Shown here: piece by piece, positions 31,606 through 49,001 of the stretch
How positions within the stretch are numbered: position 1 is the stretch's first letter
How the letters are laid out: each line of letters starts with the position of its first letter
The notes under the pieces: generated by a model
What the model was told of the DNA's origin: nothing
The model's database searches: none
What the model saw: only the letters and a program-made list of their open reading frames with translations
From: an uncultured Vicinamibacteraceae bacterium
Lineage (GTDB): Bacteria; Acidobacteriota; Vicinamibacteria; Vicinamibacterales; UBA8438
Assembly: GCA_964636705.1 (NCBI GenBank)
Contig: CAZWUJ010000004.1
Coordinates: 44,855 to 108,854, forward strand
Direction of reading: 5' to 3'
DNA length: 64,000 bases
Program-made: the position numbers and the translations under genes

Positions 31606-32475
31606 TCAGTAGCCGATGCTGAAGCCGACGGAGCCGACGACCTGCACCTCGTTGCCGTCGTTCAGCATCTCGAGGTAGTCGCCGAGCAGGAGCACATGCA
31701 CGCCCCCCGCCACTTCCCAGGCGCCGTAACCCTCCGGCAAGGGGAGCGGCATGCTGGCCACAGCGCCGATATCGAAGTAGCCGAAGCTGTCATCGAGCTC
31801 CCCGCCATCTTCGTAGTAGTTGGTCAGGCTGAAGCCGAGTGTCGCGGGCACGGACAACGTTACCCGGCCGCCCATGGTTTCCATTGCCGGTTCAATTCCC
31901 AACTCGAAATACACGCCCTCGGCGCCGCCGCCGTCCGCCTGACCGTCCATTTCGATCGCCAGACCGACGTGAGGCGACAGCGGAAACTGGAACAAGTCGC
32001 TGTCATCCATCGCGAGCGTGAGCGCCAGTTCGTGCACGGTCGAGAAGCTGTCGTTCGGGCTGAGATAGGACGTGTAGGTGATGCCGGCGCTCCAGTTCTC
32101 CAGTCCGAGCGTGATCCCGGTGAAGAAGTCCGACTCGTACCACGGCGCCACGTTGACGGCCGGGCCGCCCGCGCCCGTCTCGCCGCTATGCAGGCTGTTC
32201 CATGTGCCGATGGTGAACGTGACCCCGGTCAGCCCCTCGTCGCGCTGCAGCAGCGAGAAGGAGGCGTCGGCATAGGGCTGGGCGATCAGGCCGCCGGTTT
32301 CCTGCTTGATGCCGCGGAAGAGGTACGCGTGGCTGAAGTCCATACCGATCGTGGCGGCGACGCGGTTGTCGTCTCCCTGCGCCAGCGCCGGCTGCGCCGC
32401 GACCAGCCCCGTTGCCATGCCGGCTACCGCCAGCGCCGCACACATGCGGGGTGCACTGCCCCCTCGCCAGTTCAT
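31606..32475 (-). CDS. TorF-family (Gcw_chp) putative outer-membrane porin, copy 2
   Basis: FSHAYLFRGIKQETGGLIAQPYADASF and terminal aromatic ...VGFSIGY. Paralogous to 32681..33502. ATG 32475 is preceded by GAGGAGG. Confidence 0.7.
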   Translation of the reverse strand: MNWRGGSAPRMCAALAVAGMATGLVAAQPALAQGDDNRVAATIGMDFSHAYLFRGIKQETGGLIAQPYADASFSLLQRDEGLTGVTFTIGTWNSLHSGETGAGGPAVNVAPWYESDFFTGITLGLENWSAGITYTSYLSPNDSFSTVHELALTLAMDDSDLFQFPLSPHVGLAIEMDGQADGGGAEGVYFELGIEPAMETMGGRVTLSVPATLGFSLTNYYEDGGELDDSFGYFDIGAVASMPLPLPEGYGAWEVAGGVHVLLLGDYLEMLNDGNEVQVVGSVGFSIGY

Positions 32476-32585
32476 TTCGAATAGCCTCCTCACGGGATTG
32501 CCCGGACCCTTGGAACGCCAGGCGGCGATGACGACAAAACAACGTATCTTATCAAGCGGCCAACACCCGCAGGAAGCGAAAGGGC

Positions 32586-32650
32586 GGGGGACCGAAGGCG
32601 GGTCAAACCCTCGGTCCCCCGGCGGGACTCTGCCGAGGAGGTGGGCAGAG
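32586..32650 (-). terminator. Two adjacent hairpins downstream of the first torF-like gene
   Basis: Hairpin 1 (32586-32620): gggggaccgaagg / ccctcggtccccc, one mismatch. Hairpin 2 (32628-32650): ctctgcc / ggcagag. On the minus strand hairpin 1 is followed by CCCTTTCGCTT, only a weak U-tract. Confidence 0.45.
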
Positions 32651-32680
32651 CCATGACGCAGACTCCCAGTAGCCGAGCTC

Positions 32681-33502
32681 CTAGTAGCCGAGGCTCAAGC
32701 CGAATGTCGCGAGAAGCTTCGTGCCGCTGTCACCACCGTCGATTGCCTTCGCGCCCTCGCCCAGCACGAGAGCCTGCAATCCGATTCCCAGTTCCCAGGA
32801 TCCGAATGCCTCAGGAACCGCCAGTGGGATGCCGAGCGACGCGCCGGCCGAGAAGAAGCCGAAGCCGCTGTCCGAGATGACGCCGGGCGCGCTTTCGTAC
32901 TCGTAGTAGTCGCTCAGGCTCATGCCGATGGCCACGGGAAACGACAGGCTCACCGGTGCGTCGGCGAGCGGCGCCGCCGGTTCGATCCCGAACTCGAGAT
33001 AGTTGCCGGTGTCGTAACCGTCCGCGCCGCCCGCGAGCTCCGCCGCGACCGTCACGTACGGGCTCACGTAACCGTCATCGACGCTGAGTCCGAACGCCAG
33101 CTCCTTCGTCGTGCCCCAGCTTCCGCGCGGGCTCATGTAGGCGGTGTAGGTGACATCGATGCCGACCATGCCGGCGGAAGCGCCGATGCCGGCATAAAAG
33201 TCCGTCTCGTAGAAGCTCTGCGGCGCTCCCGAGAACCCCTCGTCGCCGACCGAATGGAGGCTGCTCCAGGTGCCGGCCGTGATCGACGCGTTCCTGAAGC
33301 TGATGCTCCCCTCGAGTGTCGGCTGGGCGATGAAGCCCGCCGTTTCCTGCACGATGCCACGGAAGTAGTAGTCGCTGACGACATCGACGCCGCTGCTGAG
33401 GCTGACGTTGCCCCCGTTCTGCGCGGCAGCGGGGCTCGCGATGAGACCGGCAGCGGCGCCGAGGGCAAGGGTGACGGTGGTGATGCGAAGCAGGGTTGTC
33501 AT
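32681..33502 (-). CDS. TorF-family (Gcw_chp) putative outer-membrane porin, copy 1
   Basis: Signal peptide. GNVSLSSGVDVVSDYYFRGIVQETAGFIAQPTLEGSISF matches the family's N-terminal signature. Ends ...FGLSLGY. Confidence 0.75.
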   Translation of the reverse strand: MTTLLRITTVTLALGAAAGLIASPAAAQNGGNVSLSSGVDVVSDYYFRGIVQETAGFIAQPTLEGSISFRNASITAGTWSSLHSVGDEGFSGAPQSFYETDFYAGIGASAGMVGIDVTYTAYMSPRGSWGTTKELAFGLSVDDGYVSPYVTVAAELAGGADGYDTGNYLEFGIEPAAPLADAPVSLSFPVAIGMSLSDYYEYESAPGVISDSGFGFFSAGASLGIPLAVPEAFGSWELGIGLQALVLGEGAKAIDGGDSGTKLLATFGLSLGY

Positions 33503-33530
33503 GTGTCTGTTCCTCCAGAAGCTGTTGTTG

Positions 33531-34868
33531 TTACTGATGCAGGTGTTGAATCTGGAAGCCCCCGTAGGCCTCCATGCCGTGCTCGCCGACGTCGAGGCCC
33601 ATCCGTTCCTCGTTCTCGCTGACGCGCAGGCCCATGCTCGCCTTGATCACGTAGAAGATCGCAAGGGCGGCGGGCAGGGAGATGGCGCCGTAGGCCAGGA
33701 CGCCGACGAGTTGCGTGACGAAGGAGTGGTCCGGATTGACGCTGAAGATCCCGACCGCGAGGGTGCCCCAGATGCCGCAGACCAGGTGGACGGAGATTGC
33801 GCCCACCGGATCGTCGAGCTGCGCCCGGTCGATGAGGATGACGGAAGCGACGACGATGAAACCGGCGATCAGGCCGATCACGATCGCCGCGTTCACGCTG
33901 ACGGTGTCGGCGCCCGCCGTGATGCCGACCAGGCCGGCGAGCGATCCGTTCAGGACCATCGACAGGTCCGGCTTGTGTTGCACCGACCAGGAGGCGATCA
34001 TCGCGCCGATGACGCCGGCCGCCGCGGCCAACGAGGTGGTCACGAACACCAGCGAGACCAGCCCGGGATCCGCACTGAGGACCGATCCGCCATTGAACCC
34101 GAACCAGCCGAGCCAGAGCAGAAAGACGCCGATGGTGGCGAGCGGCATGCTGTGACCCGCGATGGGCCGCACCTTGCCCTTGACGTACTTGCCGAGGCGC
34201 GGTCCGAGTACGATCACGCCCGCCAGCGCGCCCCAACCGCCCACCGAGTGGACCAGGGTCGAGCCGGCGAAGTCGTAGAAGCCCATCTGGTCGAGCCAGC
34301 CGCCGCCCCACTTCCAGGAGCCCGCGACGGGATAGATGAGGGCAACGTAGATGGTCGTGAAAACCAGGAAGGAGCCGAGCTTGATCCGCTCCGCCACGGC
34401 GCCCGAGACGATCGTGGCTGCGGTGGCCGCGAACATGGCCTGGAAGATGAAATCGGTCCAGTAGGTGTAGCCGGGGTTGTAGGCGCTTGTGACGCCCTCC
34501 GCGCCCGCGTCGATGCCGAAGCCGGCGAAGCCGAAGAACTGCCCGATAGTGAAATCACCCGGATACATCAGGTTGAAACCGACGAACGTGTAGGTCAGCA
34601 ACCCGATCGCAATGACGCCGGTGTTCTTGAACAGGATGTTCACGGTGTTCTTGGCCTGGGTCATTCCCGATTCCAGGCAGGCGAAGCCGAGGTGCATGAT
34701 GAACACCAGGAAGGTGGCGACCAGCATCCAGGTGTTGTTGACGGCGAACATCTCGTCCGACACTTCCTCCTGCGCGAAGGCGACGGCGGGCGCGAACACG
34801 ACGAGAAGCAGCGCGGGCACGGCGAGGCGGCCGAAACCGACGAACGAGTGAAGAACTGCGTGTTTCAT
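33531..34868 (-). CDS. amtB: Ammonium transporter (Amt family)
   Basis: Trimmed to MKHAVLHSFVGFGRLAVPALLLVVFAPAVAFAQ. DFAGSTLVHSVGGWGALAG and ISVHLVCGIWGTLAVG (twin-His) motifs. Confidence 0.95.
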   Translation of the reverse strand: MKHAVLHSFVGFGRLAVPALLLVVFAPAVAFAQEEVSDEMFAVNNTWMLVATFLVFIMHLGFACLESGMTQAKNTVNILFKNTGVIAIGLLTYTFVGFNLMYPGDFTIGQFFGFAGFGIDAGAEGVTSAYNPGYTYWTDFIFQAMFAATAATIVSGAVAERIKLGSFLVFTTIYVALIYPVAGSWKWGGGWLDQMGFYDFAGSTLVHSVGGWGALAGVIVLGPRLGKYVKGKVRPIAGHSMPLATIGVFLLWLGWFGFNGGSVLSADPGLVSLVFVTTSLAAAAGVIGAMIASWSVQHKPDLSMVLNGSLAGLVGITAGADTVSVNAAIVIGLIAGFIVVASVILIDRAQLDDPVGAISVHLVCGIWGTLAVGIFSVNPDHSFVTQLVGVLAYGAISLPAALAIFYVIKASMGLRVSENEERMGLDVGEHGMEAYGGFQIQHLHQ

Positions 34869-34902
34869 GATTGATTTCCTTGTTTCCTGGCGGGGTGGTT
34901 GC

Positions 34903-35262
<360 letters not shown>

Positions 35263-35318
35263 TCAGTGTTGCGCCGACGGTCTTTCGCCGGCCTGCTCTC
35301 GTATGGCTGCCCCTAGCA

Positions 35319-35333
35319 GCAATAACCGTGCCA
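35319..35333 (-). promoter_or_regulatory. Sigma-54 (-24/-12) promoter for glnK-amtB
   Basis: Minus strand reads TGGCAC-GGTTA-TTGCT, matching TGGCAC-N5-TTGCW at every specified position. It lies about 80 nt upstream of the glnK ATG. Confidence 0.75.
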
Positions 35334-35449
35334 ACTTCTATGGAGCAGGGCTCGTTCGCAGACCGTGGTCCCGATCGGCCGTGGATTCCCGGGGCGAAAC
35401 GACCGGAGGAAAGCGCCTCGAAGGGTGTCGAGCGGATTCCCACCCCGGA

Positions 35450-35479
35450 GGTGAGAGATACATTTATGTATCTCTCACC
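35450..35479. promoter_or_regulatory. Perfect 14-bp-arm palindrome (candidate enhancer/operator)
   Basis: ggtgagagatacat-tt-atgtatctctcacc, an AT-rich core in a GC-rich genome, about 120-160 bp upstream of the sigma-54 promoter. Confidence 0.5.
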
Positions 35480-35716
35480 TCAGATGTTGACGTTTTTGTA
35501 GTTCTGGGCAAACGCCGATCCCGCGGGGGAGCCGCCTGCAGGTGTCTTCGGGGGGTCGAGGGTGCGGTGATCCGGCCGTTTCTTGTTGGGGAGCGTGGAC
35601 GGTGAGGACAACCGGGGCCCGCAACCTCGCGGCGACGCGCCCGGAGTGATGCGGATCTACAAAGTTGTGTGCGGATCGCACCCAAATATACAAAAATGTA
35701 GCCCTATGGCGGGCTG

Positions 35717-37264
35717 CTAGCGGAAACGTCGGCAATCGATCCCGTACTTCCTGACCTTGTAGTTGACGATCCGCTCGGTGGAATCCAGCAATCGGGCCGC
35801 TTTCACGCGGTTGCCCCGGGTTGTCTTGAGGGCGTCCTGCAGCAGATCCTTTTCGTAGGCGCCTACCGCATCGGCCAGCGCGACGCGCGTCACGGTGCCG
35901 GACGCCTCGGCCGTTTGAAGGCTGGGGGGCAGGTGGTGGGCGTGGATGACGCTGCCGTCGCAAACGAGGGTCGCGCGCTCGATCGTGTTCTCCAACTCGC
36001 GCACGTTGCCGGGCCAGTGGTACGCCATCAGCATGTCGATGGCGGGGGTGGAGATCCGTTTCACATCCTTGCGGTGCTCCACCGAGTACTTCTCTATGAA
36101 GCGGTCGGCGAGGAGCTGGATGTCGGTCTTGCGTTCGCGCAACGGCGGCACGAATATCGTGAACACATCGAGCCGGTAGTGAAGATCCTCCCGGAAGGTT
36201 CCGCTGGCAATCGCCTTCTCGAGGTCGGCGTTCGTGGCCGCAATCAGGCGGACGTTCGCGCGGATCGGTTCGACGCCGCCCAGCCTTTCGAACTCCTTCT
36301 CCTGAAGCACGCGGAGCAGCTTGACCTGTGTCGACAGGTTGATGTCGCCGATTTCGTCCAGGAACAGCGTGCCGCCCTCGGCCAGTTCAAACCGGCCTTT
36401 CTTGCGGGTCGCGGCGCCGGTGAACGCTCCTTTCTCATGGCCGAACAACTCTGCCTCGATGAGCGAATCGGGCAGCGCGGCGCAGCTCACCTTGACGAAC
36501 GGCTTCTTCGCCCGCAACGAGTTGTAGTGGATGGCGTGCGCGATCAGCTCCTTGCCGGTCCCGGACTCACCTCGTATCAGGACGGTCGTGTTGCCTGCCG
36601 CAACCTGGGTGATCTGTTCGTACACCTGCCGCATCGGGCCGCTCGTCCCGATGATCTGCGCGAACTCGTAGCGTTCCTTCAGTTCCGCCCGCAGGTGGAT
36701 GTTCTCGTCCAGCAGGCGCTGCCGTTCCGCCTCAGCCGCCTCCTTCAGGCGGATCGCCTGGCCGAACATGCTCGCGACCACCCGGCAGACGTGGAGGTCG
36801 CGGTCGTAGTGGCGCTTTGCCTCGAAGGGGAAGTCGATGTTGAGGGCGCCGATGGCTTTCGTGGCGCCCGGTATGGGTACGCAAACGAAGGTGATCTCGG
36901 AGCGCGCCCCCTTCGGCCGGCGGCCCGTGCGGTGGAGGAATTCCGGCTCCTGGCTGATCTGAGGGACGACGACGGGCTGGGCGGAGGCGACCACCCGTCC
37001 GGTGATCCCCTCGCCCAACTCCCACTCGGCATGCCGCCCCTCACCCAGCACGCCGGCTGACGCCCAGACGCGGAGTCGCCCGGTGTCCGCGTCCGACAGC
37101 ACCACGGCGCTTCGTATGACACCGTAGTCGTTGTCGAGAATCTCCAGCGCCCGTTGCAGTCCGGCGCGCGGGGACTGCGCCACAGCGAGCGCGTCGTTGA
37201 CTTCCGCCAGCATCGCCAGAGGCCTGACCTCGGCAGGCAGCGACTTCAGCCTGATCTTGGGCAT
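35717..37264 (-). CDS. Sigma-54-dependent transcriptional activator, GAF-AAA+-Fis HTH (NifA-like architecture)
   Basis: Trimmed to [13 protein letters not shown] region ([20 protein letters not shown]). Walker A GESGTGKE and the sigma-54 contact loop [14 protein letters not shown]-terminal HTH ([26 protein letters not shown]). Confidence 0.9.
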   Translation of the reverse strand: MPKIRLKSLPAEVRPLAMLAEVNDALAVAQSPRAGLQRALEILDNDYGVIRSAVVLSDADTGRLRVWASAGVLGEGRHAEWELGEGITGRVVASAQPVVVPQISQEPEFLHRTGRRPKGARSEITFVCVPIPGATKAIGALNIDFPFEAKRHYDRDLHVCRVVASMFGQAIRLKEAAEAERQRLLDENIHLRAELKERYEFAQIIGTSGPMRQVYEQITQVAAGNTTVLIRGESGTGKELIAHAIHYNSLRAKKPFVKVSCAALPDSLIEAELFGHEKGAFTGAATRKKGRFELAEGGTLFLDEIGDINLSTQVKLLRVLQEKEFERLGGVEPIRANVRLIAATNADLEKAIASGTFREDLHYRLDVFTIFVPPLRERKTDIQLLADRFIEKYSVEHRKDVKRISTPAIDMLMAYHWPGNVRELENTIERATLVCDGSVIHAHHLPPSLQTAEASGTVTRVALADAVGAYEKDLLQDALKTTRGNRVKAARLLDSTERIVNYKVRKYGIDCRRFR

Positions 37265-37415
37265 CGCGTGTGGTTGTCCGGCGCCCCGGCGGGTCGTCCG
37301 CCGCCGGGAATTCGGTTCATGCGCGCGTCGCGCCCGAGTCGGCATATGCCCGAGCGCATATGCAAACTGCGTACCGACCGCGGCGGTCGATGCGTCGAGC
37401 CGCGCAACGTAACGG

Positions 37416-38861
37416 TCAGACCGGCGCCGGCAGGCTCGAGCTGCCCATCAGCCACGCATCGATGCCTCGCGCGGCGCTTCGGCCCTCGGCAATCGCCCAG
37501 ACGATGAGCGACTGCCCCCGCTGCATGTCGCCGGCGGTGAAGACGGAGGGCACGCTCGTCATCCAGTTCTCGTCCCGCCAGACGTTGCCCCGGGCGGTCA
37601 GGCGAACATCGAGTTCCTCGAGCATGCCCGGCCGCTCCGGTCCCAGGAACCCCATGGCGAGCAGGACCAGATCGACCTCCTGCTCGAACTCCGTGCCCGG
37701 CACCGGTACGAACGACAGCCGGCCGTTCTCCCGCACCATTTCCACCTGCCGGCCATGCAGCCTGGCGACGCGTCCGTCTTCGGTTCCCGTGAACCGCTCG
37801 GTCGACACGGAATAGACGCGGTCGCCTCCTTCTTCGTGTGCCGCCGAGACCCGGAAGATGTTGGACCACGTCGGCCAGGGATTGTCGGAAGCCCGCTCGT
37901 CCGGCGGCCGGGGCAGCAGCTCGAACTGCGAAACCGATGCCGCCCCCTGGCGGTGCGCGGTGCCCAGGCAGTCCGCCCCGGTATCGCCGCCGCCGATGAT
38001 CACCACCCGCTTGCCCGTCGCGGTTATGGCCTCTGCGTCCGGTACCGTGTCTCCCTCGTTCCGGCGGTTCTGCTGCGTGAGGTACTCCATCGCGAAGTAG
38101 ATGCCGTTCAACTCCCGTCCCGGCACCTTCAGGTCGCGCGGCCAGCCGGCGCCGCCGGCGAGCAGCATCGCGTCGTATCGATCCCGCAGCTCCGCCGCGG
38201 CAACGTCGGCGCCGACGTTCACTCCCGTCTGGAAACGCACTCCCTCCGCTTCCATGATGTCGAGCCTGCGGTCGAGGAAGCGCTTCTCCATCTTGAACTC
38301 GGGGATGCCGTAGCGGAGCAGGCCGCCGATCCGGTCCGCCTTCTCGAAGACGGTGACCGTGTGGCCGGCGCGGTTCAGTTGATCCGCTGCGGCCAGGCCG
38401 GCGGGGCCGGAGCCGACTACCGCCACCGTCCGGCCGGTCCGGATCGCCGGTTGCTGCGGTGCGATCCAGCTCTGCTCGAACGCGTGTTCCACGGTGGCGA
38501 GCTCGATCGACTTGATCGTGACCGCGTCGTCGTCGATCGCGAGCACGCACGAATCCTCGCACGGGGCGGGGCAGAGCCGGCCGGTCCATTCGGGAAAGTT
38601 GTTGGTCTTGTGGAGGCGGTCGATCGCGTCGCGCCACTTGTCTCGATAGACGAGATCGTTCCAGTCGGGAATCAGGTTGCCGAGCGGACAGCCCTGATGG
38701 CAGAAGGGAATGCCGCAGTCCATGCAGCGCGCTCCCTGCGCGCGCAGGTCGGCTTCGGAGTACGCCAGGTAGACCTCGTTCCAGTCGCGCACCCGCTCGG
38801 CCTTCGGCCGCTTTGGCGCCCCCTGCCGGTCGATCTCGAGAAACCCCTTCAGCTTGCCCAT
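37416..38861 (-). CDS. gltD: Glutamate synthase (NADPH) small subunit
   Basis: CMDCGIPFCHQGCPLGNLIP Fe-S motif and VAVVGSGPAGLAAADQL. Confidence 0.95.
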   Translation of the reverse strand: MGKLKGFLEIDRQGAPKRPKAERVRDWNEVYLAYSEADLRAQGARCMDCGIPFCHQGCPLGNLIPDWNDLVYRDKWRDAIDRLHKTNNFPEWTGRLCPAPCEDSCVLAIDDDAVTIKSIELATVEHAFEQSWIAPQQPAIRTGRTVAVVGSGPAGLAAADQLNRAGHTVTVFEKADRIGGLLRYGIPEFKMEKRFLDRRLDIMEAEGVRFQTGVNVGADVAAAELRDRYDAMLLAGGAGWPRDLKVPGRELNGIYFAMEYLTQQNRRNEGDTVPDAEAITATGKRVVIIGGGDTGADCLGTAHRQGAASVSQFELLPRPPDERASDNPWPTWSNIFRVSAAHEEGGDRVYSVSTERFTGTEDGRVARLHGRQVEMVRENGRLSFVPVPGTEFEQEVDLVLLAMGFLGPERPGMLEELDVRLTARGNVWRDENWMTSVPSVFTAGDMQRGQSLIVWAIAEGRSAARGIDAWLMGSSSLPAPV

Positions 38862-38892
38862 CGGTTCCGCCAGGAAGCGCGCGCCGCCGCGG

Positions 38893-43497
<4,605 letters not shown>

Positions 43498-43511
43498 GGC
43501 GATCCCCCTCC

Positions 43512-44423
43512 TCAGGCGGCCTGTTCGGCCCTTGCGTGCCGGAGCACCCGGATGAATTCGGTCACCGCCGGACCGAGCCGGCGGCTGCGGCGATGGACGA
43601 TGCTGAGCGGCCGGACGAAGGGCGCCTCCCCGTCGAGTGTATCGAGCGGCACCGCGACCAGCGCGTGCAGTTCCACCTCGCGGCGGAGCGTCGGTTCCGG
43701 CAGGATGGCCACGCCGGCGCCGTCCTCCACCGCCTGCTTGATGTTCTCGATGTTGTCGAACTCGGCCACGATGTCGACGCAGGCTTCGTTCCGTCTGAGG
43801 TAGCGGTCGAGTTCGCGCCGAACCGGAAGCCCCCGGTCGAACGTCACGAACGCCTCATCCCTCAGTTCCCACGGTCCGATGGCGGAGTTCCGTCTCGCGA
43901 ACCGGTGGCCAGGCGGGCAGGCCACAACCATCGTCTGCTCCTGCCAGGGCATTACCGTCAGGTCGCGCCCCGGAACTGCGAACGCCAGGAGTCCGATGTC
44001 GTACTGATCGCTCTGGATGCGCGTGGGGATCTCGTCCGGGTGCATGTAGTCGATGTCGACGTGGGCCCCTGGTTCGGCGGCGCGGAACCGGTCGACGTGC
44101 TGGTTCAGGTCGTGCATTCCGACCGAATAGATCGACGCGACACGCACCGTGTGGCCGGCCCGGTTCGTCTTTCGCCGCACCGATTCCTCGAGCTCGCGGT
44201 AGCGCTCGACGATCTCCTGCGATCCCTTGAAGAAGAGTTCCCCTTCGGCGGTAAGCCGCCAGGGCCTCCGGGACCGGTCGATCAACTGCGCGCCAATCCG
44301 CTTCTCGATCTGCCGCACCGTCTGGCTCGCGGACGACTGCGACACCGAATTGGCAACCGCCGCCCGCGAGAAGCTCTGGTGCCGTACGACGTCGCAATAG
44401 ATACTGAGGGCCTCGATCTGCAT
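43512..44423 (-). CDS. LysR-family transcriptional regulator
   Basis: Trimmed to [44 protein letters not shown] (wHTH). A substrate-binding domain follows. The stop lies 14 nt upstream of the gltB start. Confidence 0.85.
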   Translation of the reverse strand: MQIEALSIYCDVVRHQSFSRAAVANSVSQSSASQTVRQIEKRIGAQLIDRSRRPWRLTAEGELFFKGSQEIVERYRELEESVRRKTNRAGHTVRVASIYSVGMHDLNQHVDRFRAAEPGAHVDIDYMHPDEIPTRIQSDQYDIGLLAFAVPGRDLTVMPWQEQTMVVACPPGHRFARRNSAIGPWELRDEAFVTFDRGLPVRRELDRYLRRNEACVDIVAEFDNIENIKQAVEDGAGVAILPEPTLRREVELHALVAVPLDTLDGEAPFVRPLSIVHRRSRRLGPAVTEFIRVLRHARAEQAA

Positions 44424-44461
44424 GGGTGGATGGCCTACTCTACACGCGCCGATAGCTAATG

Positions 44462-44473
44462 GCAAGCGCTTGC
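44462..44473. promoter_or_regulatory. 12-bp perfect palindrome upstream of the LysR gene
   Basis: gcaagcgcttgc, flanked by ctaatg / agtattag, in an AT-rich patch about 40 nt upstream of the LysR ATG. Confidence 0.35.
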
Positions 44474-44529
44474 AGTATTAGAAGCCTTAATATACAGCGG
44501 CAACCCCGGCGGCCCGGGCGATGGTCGGG

Positions 44530-45144
44530 CTAGACGAGCGCGGCGAGGGCCGGGGCGTCGGGGATGCGAAGCGTGACGCCGGTGCGGTCCGGGTCCGCGA
44601 GCGGAGCCGACTCCACGCGAGTGTCGCCGAAGACGAGCCGCGCCGCCTGTTCCGCCGCTTCCTGCAACGCCCGTTCCACGGCGGCCGTCTTCGGCGCGTG
44701 CAGCCGGTCGTTGACCACAACCTCAAGCTCGTCGGCCCGGAACGGGATCGGGCCATCCTGGTCGCCCGCCGTATCCTGCCGCAGGCGCCGGGCGGCGAAG
44801 AGGAGGGTGCTCGCGGCGTCGGCGATGCGGCCGGAAAGGGCGCCTGGCGTCTTGCGCTTGACCGCGTAACCGAAACCGGCGCGATGGTGGCAGTCGAAGA
44901 TGTAGTTCGCTTCGTGCGCAACGAGCAAGACGTTCGGCGACTCGGGCAGGTGGCCGTAGTCCGCAACGTCGATCAGCAGTCCGGGGACGGCCCGTTCCCG
45001 GATCCAGCGGTGGAGGATGACGACGATATCGTTGGGGCGCACCGACCGTCCGTCGGCGAAGAACAGCTTCAGACTGAAGCGTTCGATGGCGTCGACGTCG
45101 GTTGGGTGATGCATCCCGCTGGCGTGGGTTGGGGGCTCCGTCAT
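44530..45144 (-). CDS. Hypothetical protein (204 aa) tightly coupled to sulfite reductase
   Basis: Trimmed to MTEPPTHASGMHHPTDVD. The ATG lies 1 nt after the sir stop. Composition is coding-like and non-repetitive, but I recognise no family. Confidence 0.55.
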   Translation of the reverse strand: MTEPPTHASGMHHPTDVDAIERFSLKLFFADGRSVRPNDIVVILHRWIRERAVPGLLIDVADYGHLPESPNVLLVAHEANYIFDCHHRAGFGYAVKRKTPGALSGRIADAASTLLFAARRLRQDTAGDQDGPIPFRADELEVVVNDRLHAPKTAAVERALQEAAEQAARLVFGDTRVESAPLADPDRTGVTLRIPDAPALAALV

Positions 45145-45145
45145 C

Positions 45146-47475
<2,330 letters not shown>

Positions 47476-47479
<4 letters not shown>

Positions 47480-48981
47480 CGCATCCATCCCCCGGCGCGG
47501 CGTCGTCCGGCCGCACCATCGGCCTCGCCCTGCGTGCCGGCGCCCCACCCGGCGCCAGCCTCCGTCACGAGCCGCAGCCGCGCTACTTCGCCGACGACAA
47601 TCGTCCCCGGCGCAGACGGTCGGTGACTGCGTTCCGGGCCCGTTCCGTGTCGCTCACCCGGCAACTCCCACCGCTCGTCGGCCAGCGCATCCAACCGTCC
47701 ACTCCATGCCGCCATATCGGGCGTTGCCGCCGCCACCACCACTGCCGCGGGCGTGGTCGCCCGCCATCCCGCATCGAGCAACGTCCGGGCAATCCGCGCC
47801 CGGTTCCGCAGACCCATCAACACCACGACGGTCATCGACTCAGGCGCCACGGCCCGCAGGATTGGCTCGTACGCGTCCGGGGCGTGTCCCGACACCACGG
47901 TGAACCCCGCCGTCACGCCGCGATGCGTGACCGGGATCCCGGCCAGACCGGGCGCGGCCACGGCCGACGTCACTCCCGGGACAACCTCGAACGGCACTCC
48001 GGCCGACGCCAGCGCCAGTGCTTCTTCGCCGCCGCGGCCCAGCAGGAACGGATCGCCGTTCTTCAGCCGCACGACGCGCTTGCCGCGCCGCGCGCCCCGA
48101 ATCATCAGCCGGTGGATAGTCTCCTGCGCCACCGCGGGACGGCCGGCGCGCTTGGCAACGCTGAAGTGCTGGGCGCGCGAGGCGAGTGCGACCATCGCCT
48201 CCGGGACGAGCCCGTCGTACAGCACGAGATCGGCGTCGGCGAGGCGCTGCGCGCCGCGTACCGTGAGCAGGCCGGGATCGCCCGGCCCGGCGCCGATCAG
48301 CGATACGAAGCCTCCGCCGTGGTGCGCCTCCGGCTGGTGCGCTTCCTGCTGGTGCGCCGGCGTCCACGCCGGCCCGCTGTGCGCAGAGGCACTGCCGTCC
48401 GCGCCGGCATCCCGACGCTCGTTCCGCGCGTACAAGGCAATCAGCGCGTCAAGCAACTCGGGCCGCCGCGACTCCATCGGCGTGCCCGCTGCGCGCCATC
48501 GCCCGCGCAGCCGATCCGACTCGGCGAGCCAGTCTGCCAGGTCTTCCTCGGGGAGAACGGCATCCAGTCCTTCGCGGAGCAGACCGGCGATCGCCGGCGC
48601 CCTGCCCTCCGTCGAAATGGCGATCGTGGTTCCGGCACGGCGCACGACGCCGCCGAGATAGAGGTTGGCGTTCGGCGGATCGTCGACCGCGTTCACGAAG
48701 AGCTGGCGCTCCCCGGCGGCGTCAGCCACTTCGCGGTTGACTTCGGGTGTCGCCGCGGCGACGACCAGCCAGGCGCCATCGAGGTCGGACGGCTCGAACC
48801 GGCGGCGGTGAAGCGTGACGCCCGGCGCCGAAGCGATCGCATCGACGATTGCCGGCGCAACGACCGCAACGACCGCTCCCGCGTCCCGCAGCCCGCGCAG
48901 CTTCGAGGCGGCGACGGGGCCGCCTCCCACAATCACGACGCGTCGGCCGTTCAGTTTCAGGAACGCGGGAAAGAGGTGCAT
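47476..48981 (-). CDS. cysG: Siroheme synthase (precorrin-2 dehydrogenase/ferrochelatase fused to uroporphyrinogen-III C-methyltransferase)
   Basis: Trimmed to MHLFPAFLKLNGRRVVIVGGGPVAASK. A His/Gln-rich linker follows. The SUMT domain reads VSLIGAGPGDPGLLTVRG, VVRLKNGDPFLLGRGGEE. The stop overlaps the sir ATG (ATGA). The first 133 aa of the track ORF are rejected. Confidence 0.9.
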
Positions 48982-49001
48982 CGATATGTTCGGACTCGCC
49001 C

